In this document: in pieces, positions 47,290 to 55,414 of the stretch | How positions within the stretch are numbered: the first letter of the stretch is position 1 | Layout: each line of letters starts with the position of its first letter | Assembly (NCBI RefSeq): GCF_024502345.1 | Contig: NZ_JALDNN010000001.1 | Origin: Escherichia coli | GTDB taxonomy: Bacteria > Pseudomonadota > Gammaproteobacteria > Enterobacterales > Enterobacteriaceae | Direction: 5' to 3' (one strand) | DNA length: 64,000 nucleotides | Made by a program: the position numbers and the translations under genes | The notes under the pieces: model-generated | Seen by the model: the letters and a program-made list of their open reading frames with translations, nothing else | Told to the model about the DNA's origin: nothing | The model's database searches: none

Positions 47290-49293
47290 TCATCCTTGTT
47301 GCTGAAGCATGGGGAATAATTGTTCGCACAGCAAAACGCAGTTATTCATTGCTTCTACCCGTGCCTCGCTTTCTGTATTACGAAATTGTCCCAATACATG
47401 TGCCAGCCGATAAAAAACCACCGCGGTGAGGTCATTCGCCAGCAACTCTGCCTGACCAATAGCACTCTGTTCCTGATAGCGCCAGCCGTTATGGAGCAGT
47501 TGAATAAGTAATGCCTGGCAGCGCATCAGCAACTGATGAGCAGTAGACGGCACAGGCAGAACGCTGACAGAAGGTAGTGATGCCACCACAGGCGCAGTTT
47601 CTGCGTCCAGCGCCCAGGCACGAGTCTTTGTCATCATTACCTGTGGTTCCAGTGTCAATTGCCCATCAACAAAACTGACAAAGCCAGAAACCAGACACAC
47701 GGGGTCGTCTGTTTGTTGCAAAAGCGCCGCCATGCGTTCAATGGCATAAGGCGCGCTGGCTGAGGCTGGCAGTGATAACGTCAGCAGATTATCTTCACCT
47801 TCGCCGCTGATTACCTGCGCATCCAGCGTCTGGCGGCTGCTATCCCAACCGAGCGAAATACACTCAGCGACCGGCAGAATAAATAAGTTATCGACCTGAT
47901 TAAGAGGCCGTATGCAGGAGGGGGGACGCTGGCGTAAATATTCCCGCAAAGCCACAATGCCCGGCTGGCGTAACGGCGCGCTCAACATTTGCCAGGCATC
48001 AGGCGACAGCGGCACAACGCTGCTTAAGCGGTTGCGGGTAGCTAACAGCAGCTCGCCATCGGCACTGCGTTTTGCTGCTTGTGAAACAATTTGCCCACCC
48101 GCCAGTGCGCCAGCCTGAAAACTAAACAGCCGACGCGTAGCTGCCGGTGAGTTTTCCTGTTCACTTCGCGGCCAACTGCGCGAAAGGTGCAAAATACTGC
48201 CGGTGTCGGGATCGGTAAACCAGATGCGTAAACCATAATGCTCAATATCCTGCCAGCAACGCATACCTAAAGACACCAGCCGCAGATGATCAAGCTTTGC
48301 TTCTCCGGCAATGCCAGAGCCAACGACCGTGCGCCACGGCACAGGAGGAACTTCACCAACACTGTCGCGCCGCGCCATCTCTTGTGCGCAATTTAATCGA
48401 CTGTTTAATGCCGCAAGCTGACGTAAGCATTCTCCGGCATGATAGTGGCTGGCGCGGGCGTGGAAGGCATCAACGCTGGCGCGCAGTTGCCGTAGCGATT
48501 CACTCACCCATCGCCAGTTGCAGCGTTCCGCTGCTTGCTGCGCGCGGCTGAAAGCGGCCTCGTAGTGAATAAGCGGCTGGCTGATGCCGCCCAGCCATAA
48601 TGCCTGGCTTAGTTGCTGAACATATTGACGACACGTTTTGCCTTCTTCGCTGGCAAACAGATCGTCAGATGATGTGACGTGTTCGCTGCGCATCTGCCAG
48701 ATTAAATGAGTCAATTCCGGTTGCTGCGCTTTTGCCTGGACAAAGGCCTGTACTGCCAGTACGACATGTTCGCAAAGTGTGCCTTCAATACAATCACAAC
48801 GGGCGAAACGAATGCTGCTACGGGAATAAAAACGCACATCGCTCATCGGTAAGCGGGCAGAGGGAATTTCGCCCGGCGTACAGAACAACTCAATGGTGAT
48901 GCCTTTAGCGACCAGCGCCTGCGCGCGTTTGCGGGTGGCATCGGGCAGGGTAGCCAGTTCTTCCAGCCAGATTGCCGGATCCCACTCTTCTTCTTTTTCT
49001 GTGGGCTGGACGGTGGCACAAAGTCGTTGATAACTTAACACCAGCATCACGCGATGACGGCACATGCCGCTGGCCCCGCAGCTGCACTGAGCCTCTTTCA
49101 GTGCCTGGCCGTTCGCCAGCTGGGTACGGACACCGTCACTGAAGGTGGCGATTAAAGCGCCGTTCTCATGGCTGATCTCCGGGACGTTGCCATTTTCCAG
49201 TTCCTTAAGACTGCGCTTAACAAAACCGGCATTGCTTAACGCTGTCAGGGCCTGCGGTGTCAGTTCTAATAATTCCGGACGTAGTGAATTCAT
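47290..49293 (-). CDS. yehQ: SWIM zinc-finger protein (667 aa from ATG 49293)
   Basis: ORF track (extension to 49317); two CxC...CxH SWIM-like motifs; ATG overlaps yehP stop (ATGA). Confidence 0.8.
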   Translation of the reverse strand: MNSLRPELLELTPQALTALSNAGFVKRSLKELENGNVPEISHENGALIATFSDGVRTQLANGQALKEAQCSCGASGMCRHRVMLVLSYQRLCATVQPTEKEEEWDPAIWLEELATLPDATRKRAQALVAKGITIELFCTPGEIPSARLPMSDVRFYSRSSIRFARCDCIEGTLCEHVVLAVQAFVQAKAQQPELTHLIWQMRSEHVTSSDDLFASEEGKTCRQYVQQLSQALWLGGISQPLIHYEAAFSRAQQAAERCNWRWVSESLRQLRASVDAFHARASHYHAGECLRQLAALNSRLNCAQEMARRDSVGEVPPVPWRTVVGSGIAGEAKLDHLRLVSLGMRCWQDIEHYGLRIWFTDPDTGSILHLSRSWPRSEQENSPAATRRLFSFQAGALAGGQIVSQAAKRSADGELLLATRNRLSSVVPLSPDAWQMLSAPLRQPGIVALREYLRQRPPSCIRPLNQVDNLFILPVAECISLGWDSSRQTLDAQVISGEGEDNLLTLSLPASASAPYAIERMAALLQQTDDPVCLVSGFVSFVDGQLTLEPQVMMTKTRAWALDAETAPVVASLPSVSVLPVPSTAHQLLMRCQALLIQLLHNGWRYQEQSAIGQAELLANDLTAVVFYRLAHVLGQFRNTESEARVEAMNNCVLLCEQLFPMLQQQG

Positions 49294-50426
49294 GACTGAA
49301 GATTCTCCGCAAGCCATGATGCCAGTTCGCCCGGTGTCATGGCGGCTATTTGTGCGCCGACATTAACCAGCGCCTGGGCCGTATCGCGGTCATAGCAAGG
49401 CGTTGCTGTGCTATCGAGCGCCGCCAGTCCCAGCACTTTGATGCCGCTCTGGACACACTTTTTCACCTGATGCGTCAGCAATGATGATGAACCCCCTTCG
49501 TAAAAATCGCTCACGAGGATAATGACGCTTTTTGCTGGTTGTTCAATAAGTTGCCGACCATATTCCACGGCACTGGCGATATTGGTCCCGCCGCCCAACT
49601 GTACTTTCATTAATAACTCTACCGGATCGGCAACGTCTGCCGTGAGATCAACGACGCTTGTGTCAAACGCCACCAGATGGGTACGAATGCCGGGTAACTG
49701 CCACAAACAGGCCGCCATCACCGCAGAGTGGATCACCGAGTCCACCATCGATCCGCTTTGATCAACCAGTAAGACCAGTTGCCATTGTTCACTGTGGCGT
49801 TTAATGCGGCTGTTAAAGCGGGGGGATTCGATATACAACTTGCCGTGTTGCGGGTGCCAGTGTTGCAGGTTGGCGCGCAGAGTACTTTTGAAATCAAAGT
49901 TTCGCGCCAGTGGAATAAATGAGCGGCGACGGCGATCGCGGACACCAGAAAAAGCCTGACGAACTTCCTTTGCCAGTCGAGCCATAATTTCTTCAACAAC
50001 CTGGCGCACTATCCGGCGGGCGGCAGCCAGTACTTCGGGGTTCATCAGATGTTTGGTGTGCAAAACGGCGCGTAGCAGACTTTCAGAAGGCTGCATACGT
50101 TCCAGCACGTCGAGATTCGTCACCACATCTTCAATGCCGTAGCGCAGTACGGCATCGCTTTCCAGCCGCTCAATCACCTGTTGCGGAAACAGCGTGTGAA
50201 TACTGTTGATCCACTCAGGGGTGGTGAGATTTGAGCTACCTAATCCACCGGAACGTTCACCACGCTGGAGCCGTTCAGGATCGCGCCCATACAGCCACTC
50301 CAGCGCGTGGTCTATCTGCCGGGCGTTGTCATCCAGCCCACAAAGCGTCGTTTCTGCCGCTTCGCCAAGAATTAATCGCCAGCGTTGTAGCTCACGGGTG
50401 GTCAGAAGATCGTTCAGTTCAGACAT
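49290..50426 (-). CDS. yehP: von Willebrand factor A (vWA) domain protein (378 aa from MSELNDLL start)
   Basis: ORF track (extension to 50654); MIDAS motif DQSGSM. Confidence 0.8.
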   Translation of the reverse strand: MSELNDLLTTRELQRWRLILGEAAETTLCGLDDNARQIDHALEWLYGRDPERLQRGERSGGLGSSNLTTPEWINSIHTLFPQQVIERLESDAVLRYGIEDVVTNLDVLERMQPSESLLRAVLHTKHLMNPEVLAAARRIVRQVVEEIMARLAKEVRQAFSGVRDRRRRSFIPLARNFDFKSTLRANLQHWHPQHGKLYIESPRFNSRIKRHSEQWQLVLLVDQSGSMVDSVIHSAVMAACLWQLPGIRTHLVAFDTSVVDLTADVADPVELLMKVQLGGGTNIASAVEYGRQLIEQPAKSVIILVSDFYEGGSSSLLTHQVKKCVQSGIKVLGLAALDSTATPCYDRDTAQALVNVGAQIAAMTPGELASWLAENLQS

Positions 50427-52698
50427 GGAAAACTCCCCAGTTTTGCAGCGATGCCAGTGCCTGCTGTTCGAGTTGTTGATGATGTGCAATGGCTTGTGGT
50501 GGACAATGCAACGGCATTTGCAGCGCCGAAACGGGAAGTTGCGCCAGTTGATAATGCTCAAGCACCTGATGCGCCAGCGTCCCGCGTTCTCGTGGTGGTA
50601 GCCAGGCCATCGCCGCGCGTAAATCGGGCAGGGCATTGATAAAATTGGCATCACTCAGTTGATTTAAATGACTGCTGAAACCGGCGATAAATGCCGGCTG
50701 ACAGGCCAGTTGATGGCGGGCCAGCGCCAGCAAACCGTGCAGCGCTTCGCCGGATTGTGCCGGGGATAACTGCGCCAGCATCGTCAGCGCCGCTTCGGCA
50801 CTAGCGTTGGGATGTTCCAGACGCATCAGTGCGCCAAGAGCCGCGCCGCGATCCAGCGCCGGGGCATGGATTGCCTGACTGCGTCGCTCCAGTAAGGCTA
50901 CCGCCGCAGAAAGAGAAACGCCGGGTAAATTAACGCCGCTATATAGATCGCGCAGGATATGGCAAAGCGCCTGCCAGCTATGCATGTGAGCGTGAAACTC
51001 CTTTTCATCTGGTCTGCCGTTAGATTCACACAGCCACAGCGTGCGATCGATAGCCGCGCATAACGTCGTTTGTAATATCTGCGCGCCTTGCATACCGCTA
51101 ATTTCATCCAGCCGCCATAAGGCATATAGCACTTCCAGCGCCTGGCCCATTTCGGCAAATTGATTTTCCTGGGCGATTAATAATGTGAGTTGCTCCAGTA
51201 ATTGTTGACTGAAGGACGCCAGACCCGCTAACGCCGCCTGGCTAAGACATGTGGTGATACTGCCGATTCCACCCGCGTCCAGCATATCGGTTTCTAATTT
51301 ATGGCGTGCGGCTTCCTGGAGTGTGGCACCAAAGCAGGCGGCCTCAATCAATGCCGCATGCTGGCTAAGCGGGCGGGTTAATTTCCAGCGTTCTTCACCG
51401 TTGCCTGCAAGTGTCAGTGTGCTTCCCTGCTGGCGTACAATCCCTGGGATCTCCAGTATTGCCAGCCGATGTAACACCTGACTTTGCGCTAGTCCATTGG
51501 GGTTAAAGCGATTTAAGGTAAGCTCCGCCGGAAGAGAGATTGCGGTACGTTCCAGTTCGCAGGTGACATCTTTTGGCAGAGGCGGTTGTGGCGTAGAAGG
51601 GGCAAGTTTACCGAATCCGTCACCCGCTAATGTGTCTATCAACGTTAGCAGAATCGGATCGGTATCGGGATGAATAACGCCGCGATAGCTCCATGGCAAC
51701 GGCGCATTCAGGGATTCTTTAATCAGCGAGCCTGCTAAGGCATCCAGCCAGTCAGTGCGTAACGGTAGTGTATGACCGCGCAACTGTGCCAGCGCCATCG
51801 CATGCAGATGAGCGGCAGCCATATCCGCGGTCGAAGCAGGCAAGTGGTGTTGGCGCAAACGGGTAAGAACCGTTTTTAGCAGTTGTTCTCCCGCCTGCTG
51901 TAAGCCCCACTGCCAGCACCAGCTTTGCCAGACCGGGGCAGGCATTCCTGAAAGGTATCCTGCCAGCACATCAAGGCGCTTTTCACTGTAGGGTGTGAGA
52001 TAACAACCTGTAACGGCATCTGCCAGCGAGGGCAATTCTGGCTTGTTAATGTCCTGCGGACATTCGCGCCACATTTTTGCCAGTGCCGGAGCGTGCCAGC
52101 CACCGCAGACGACTAACACGTCGCCATTGTTTTGCTGCATCGCCCATGCAATCCAGCGGGCCATGAAGGCTTCGCGCTGACGATTGAGAGCATCTCCGGG
52201 GGAATCGCCCCGCAGTTGTGCAAAATAGTGCGCCAGCGCAGAGGGTAATGCAGTTTGCTGGCTTTCATCTTCGAATAAGTGATCCCACAGGGTATCGCTG
52301 TTATCCATGCGGGTGGCACGCAGCAGTAAGGTCTGGCTTTCATCTTGCGTATCAGGCGAATCGTTCTCTTCTTCACTCTGCGCCCAGCAAGGCAAATCGA
52401 TGAAGTAAGTTTATGCCTGAATACGACGTGCGGCTTGTAGCGCCTGCCACTCCGGCGAAAATTCAGCAAATGGCGTCCAGGCACCACGCCCGGGGGCCGC
52501 ACCGTCCTGATACTGGCAATAACTGTAAATAGCTACCGGAAGCTGGTGGGCTAAAAACAGTTCGTCTACCCGGTCATTAAAATCAGCCGGGCCTTCAATC
52601 AACACGTATCGTGGCCGCTGGCTTTCGATTAATGATTTGACCAGCCGGGCGCAGGCCGGGCTATGATGCCGGATGCCGACAATTAACGGCTCGCTCAT
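50419..52698 (-). pseudogene. yehM: yehM reading frame (759 codons) interrupted by a single in-frame TAA at 52411-52413 (codon 96)
   Basis: ORF track entries 52411-52866 and 50419-52395 are in the same frame, separated only by TAA plus 5 sense codons; summed length equals the 759 aa I recall for intact YehM. Confidence 0.65.
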
Positions 52699-52708
52699 GC
52701 ATCTTTCC

Positions 52709-53797
52709 TCACGGCAGGCGGTGGCGGGCTTGATAATAAGCCTGCCAGTGAGCTTCTTTATGTGTGGCGACACGCTGTTCGAAGTAACGGCGCAGACGAG
52801 CGCGATCTTCTTCGTTATCTTTGACGATGGTTCCGGCAATACAGTCCACCAGATCGGCTGGCTCACCTGCGCGATTCGCTAAAAACCAGGCGCGGACGCC
52901 CACAGCGTGGGCCACGTTCACGGCTTCAGCGGTGGACATAATCGCTGTTAGTGTATCCATTGACGTTTTCTTTTCGCCGTTGGCACGCAGATCGCGGAAG
53001 GTGCGGACCAGTAACTCCAGTACCGCGTCAGGCACTTTATGCGGAATACCGCTATGGGCCAGCAAACGCGCCGAAGCACTGGCGACAAGCTCCAGCTCCT
53101 GGGCGAAATCCATAATCGGAAAGACAGTTTCAAAATCGAAGCGACGCTTTAGCGCAGCACTCATTTCATTGACGCCGCGATCGCGGGTATTGGCAGTGGC
53201 AATAATATTAAAGCCTTCTCGCGCATAGAGCTGACTGGCTTCACCAGTGAGTTCCGGCACCGTCATCACCCTGTCAGAAAGCATACCTAACAGACAGTCT
53301 TGCACTTCCAGCGGTGTACGCGTTATCTCTTCAAAACGGACGATTTTGCCGTCGCGCATTCCCTGGTAAAGCGGGGCAGGGACCAGCGCTTCCGTTGATG
53401 GACCATGATTGATAAGCAGGGCGTAGTTCCAGCCGTACTTGATTTGATCTTCGGTAGTAGATGCGCCGCCCTGGATGGTTAACCCGGCATCGCCGCTAAT
53501 AGAGGTTGCCAGTAATTCAGACAGGAGAGATTTTGCGGTGCCAGGTTCCCCCACCAACATCAAACCGCGTCCGGTGGCAAGAGTGACTAACATACGTTCG
53601 ACAGCGGAGGGACTAATCACCACTTTACGGCTAATATTTTGCGCGCTATCGCCAAGGATAAAAGCACGGGCCGCAGGCAAACTTAACTGCCAACCGGGCG
53701 GGCAAGGTGCGTTATCATTTTGTTTTAATTTTGCCAGTTCATCGGCGTATAACACAGCAGCAGGCGGACGCTGCAGATGATTATTCTGCGGTGACAT
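52709..53797 (-). CDS. yehL: MoxR-like AAA+ ATPase (362 aa from MSPQNNH start)
   Basis: ORF track (extension to 53863); Walker A GEPGTAKS and Walker B-like hhhhDE region. Confidence 0.85.
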   Translation of the reverse strand: MSPQNNHLQRPPAAVLYADELAKLKQNDNAPCPPGWQLSLPAARAFILGDSAQNISRKVVISPSAVERMLVTLATGRGLMLVGEPGTAKSLLSELLATSISGDAGLTIQGGASTTEDQIKYGWNYALLINHGPSTEALVPAPLYQGMRDGKIVRFEEITRTPLEVQDCLLGMLSDRVMTVPELTGEASQLYAREGFNIIATANTRDRGVNEMSAALKRRFDFETVFPIMDFAQELELVASASARLLAHSGIPHKVPDAVLELLVRTFRDLRANGEKKTSMDTLTAIMSTAEAVNVAHAVGVRAWFLANRAGEPADLVDCIAGTIVKDNEEDRARLRRYFEQRVATHKEAHWQAYYQARHRLP

Positions 53798-53908
53798 ATA
53801 TTCATCCCTGAAATGTATTAATGAAATAAACGATATTTTACGCGCAATAAATGTTTGGCGCATTAGTTGTTTGAGCGAAAAATATCTGGAAAGCAGATCA
53901 CAGTAAAT

Positions 53909-53991
53909 AAAAAAACCTGCTGGTGAGGCAGGTTCTTTTATTTACTATTTTCAGGCCTAACACCACAGCCTGTGCAACATCGTGTTCCAAC
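53909..53991 (-). ncRNA. orzP: Predicted ~80-nt divergent small RNA (OrzO/OrzP-like antitoxin RNA), copy A
   Basis: Minus-strand promoter (-35 TTGCAA 54021-54026, 17-bp spacer, -10 TATAAT 53998-54003); minus-strand intrinsic terminator (stem ACCTGC/GCAGGT then U7) at 53909-53934; 5' region repeats leader sequence at 54138-54157. Confidence 0.5.
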
Positions 53992-54020
53992 GAACGAATT
54001 ATAACCACGGCTGGACCCCG

Positions 54021-54048
54021 TTGCAATTAAGATAATGAGATTTATAAT
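54021..54048 (+). promoter_or_regulatory. Sigma70 promoter of peptide gene copy A (-35 TTGCAA, 16-bp spacer, -10 TATAAT); -35 shared with the divergent sRNA promoter
   Basis: Hexamers read directly; predicted TSS near 54056 gives a ~174-nt leader. Confidence 0.6.
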
Positions 54049-54229
54049 CCTGACTGTTGGGACGTTGCGCCGGATCGAACCTATTTCAAGTCCTGGCTAC
54101 CGGACGGGGGGTGCTGCAGGTAGTGCCCTGATCCGGAGTGCAACATCGTGGTCCAACATACGTAAACCAGTATCGACAGGCAGTGTAAGGGTAAGGTGCT
54201 GGTGTTGCGCTCCTTAATAAGGAGAGCGG

Positions 54230-54319
54230 ATGGACTCGCTGACACAAAAGTTAACCGTGCTCATTGCTGTACTGGAGCTATTAGTGGCTCTGTTACGGTT
54301 GATTGATTTGTTGAAGTAA
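54230..54319 (+). CDS. zorP: 29-aa hydrophobic peptide MDSLTQKLTVLIAVLELLVALLRLIDLLK (type I toxin candidate, ZorO/ZorP-like), copy A
   Basis: ATG with AAGGAG SD 7 nt upstream; single predicted TM helix; sequence as I recall ZorO-family toxins; symbol O versus P uncertain. Confidence 0.7.
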   Translation: MDSLTQKLTVLIAVLELLVALLRLIDLLK

Positions 54320-54341
54320 CGGGCAAATTGAAACGCATCTA

Positions 54342-54366
54342 AGGGGGAAAACCGCTTCCCCCTTTA
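54342..54366 (+). terminator. Terminator of peptide gene copy A
   Basis: AGGGGGA-loop-TCCCCCT followed by TTAATAAAAT. Confidence 0.55.
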
Positions 54367-54518
54367 ATAAAATGATTACTGTTTTTATTAATTCATCATA
54401 TAACTCATTTTTATTTATAAATTCATCGATTTTATATTCAACGCACCATTTGACCGGGATGTGAATATTTATGTTGGGCTATTGGCAAAAAATATCTGGA
54501 AAGTAGATCGCAGAAAAT

Positions 54519-54599
54519 AAAAAAACCTGCTGGTGAGGCAGGTTCTTTTATTTACTACAGTGACGCTAACTTGCTGATTGTGCAACATTTCGTACCAAC
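54519..54599 (-). ncRNA. orzO: Predicted ~80-nt divergent small RNA, copy B
   Basis: Minus-strand -10 TATAAT (54606-54611) and shared -35 TTGCAA (54629-54634); terminator hairpin plus U7 at 54519-54543; 18-nt complementarity (one G-U) to leader at 54749-54766. Confidence 0.5.
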
Positions 54600-54628
54600 G
54601 AATAAATTATATCCATATCCACACTCCA

Positions 54629-54656
54629 TTGCAATTCAGTGAGTGAGATTTATAAT
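54629..54656 (+). promoter_or_regulatory. Sigma70 promoter of peptide gene copy B (-35 TTGCAA, 16 bp, -10 TATAAT)
   Basis: Read directly; same geometry as copy A. Confidence 0.6.
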
Positions 54657-54837
54657 CCTGCCCGTTGGGAGGTTGTGCCGGATCGGACCAATTTTAAGTC
54701 CTGGCTGCCGGACGGGTGGTGCCGCAGGCGGTGCCCTGATCCGGAGAGCAACGTTTCGTACCAACATACGTAAACCAGTATCAACAGGCAGTGTAAGGGT
54801 AAGGTGCTGGTGTTGCGCTCCTTAATAAGGAGAGCGG

Positions 54838-54927
54838 ATGGACACGCTGACACAAAAGTTAACCGTGCTCATTGCCGTACTGGAGTTATTAGTGGCTCTG
54901 TTACGGTTGATTGATTTGTTGAAGTAA
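54838..54927 (+). CDS. zorO: 29-aa hydrophobic peptide MDTLTQKLTVLIAVLELLVALLRLIDLLK (type I toxin candidate), copy B
   Basis: ATG with AAGGAG SD; differs from copy A by S3T only. Confidence 0.7.
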   Translation: MDTLTQKLTVLIAVLELLVALLRLIDLLK

Positions 54928-54949
54928 CGGGCAAATTGAAACGCATCTA

Positions 54950-54974
54950 AGGGGGAATACCGTTTCCCCCTTTA
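54950..54974 (+). terminator. Terminator of peptide gene copy B
   Basis: AGGGGGAA-loop-TTCCCCCT then TTTAAG. Confidence 0.5.
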
Positions 54975-54982
54975 AGAAAGCT

Positions 54983-55036
54983 ATACTCGTCATACTTCAA
55001 GTTGCATGTGCTGCGACTTTAATTATCTAGAGTATA
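54983..55036. repeat. Truncated (short-form) ERIC element: left and right termini without the central part
   Basis: TATACTCGTCATACTTCAAGTTGCATGTGCTGCG + ACTTTAATTATCTAGAGTATA; compare full copy at 23437-23563. Confidence 0.7.
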
Positions 55037-55354
55037 TTATTCTATTTCTTGGTTGAATATATTCTGTAGTTCACGATTAAAAATTGCTATTACAGTTTCA
55101 GGTGATTCACCTCGTAATTTCCGCTCATCAATACACTCATCTCTTATATAAATCAACGCATCATTTATTAGCGGGTCAGCATCTTCTCGATCACGTTGAT
55201 GAAATGTTGGATGTAGCCGGAATCGCTCCAGTCGATAGACGGAACCTGTAAATAATTCAGAGCATTTATGGATCTCAAGTCTGAAGGAAAACGGATCTTC
55301 AGGTACAGGGACCTCATAATCGTAAATAGCAACTAGCTCTTTTTGCACGATCAT
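55037..55354 (-). CDS. yehK: Uncharacterised small protein, 105 aa
   Basis: ORF track; synteny between yehL and yehI. Confidence 0.7.
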   Translation of the reverse strand: MIVQKELVAIYDYEVPVPEDPFSFRLEIHKCSELFTGSVYRLERFRLHPTFHQRDREDADPLINDALIYIRDECIDERKLRGESPETVIAIFNRELQNIFNQEIE

Positions 55355-55414
55355 CGCTTTCCCCGCTGGTAAGTCGTGTAGATAACGGGCAGTCGCATCA
55401 CTGCCCGCTGTGTT

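Larger units (their letters stand above)
53876..54370. repeat. Tandem repeat unit A of the type I TA-like module (promoters, sRNA, leader, peptide gene, terminator)
   Basis: About 90% identical to unit B at 54486-54978; period about 610 bp. Confidence 0.85.
54486..54978. repeat. Tandem repeat unit B of the type I TA-like module
   Basis: See unit A. Confidence 0.85.

Noticed and set aside
52411-52866. 151-aa ORF as an independent gene
   Set aside because: It is the N-terminal fragment of yehM created by the in-frame TAA; its first 56 codons are an ORF-finder extension overlapping yehL.
54035-54217. 60-aa ORF inside TA module A (a matching one at 54643-54825 in module B)
   Set aside because: Its ATG lies inside the promoter (-10 region), upstream of the predicted start site, and the frame runs through the non-coding leader; the duplicate exists only because the whole unit is duplicated.
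53876-54978. Possible CRISPR array (tandem repeats)
   Set aside because: Only two units of about 610 bp each, with internal promoters, a peptide ORF and terminators; no short direct repeats with unique spacers and no cas genes.
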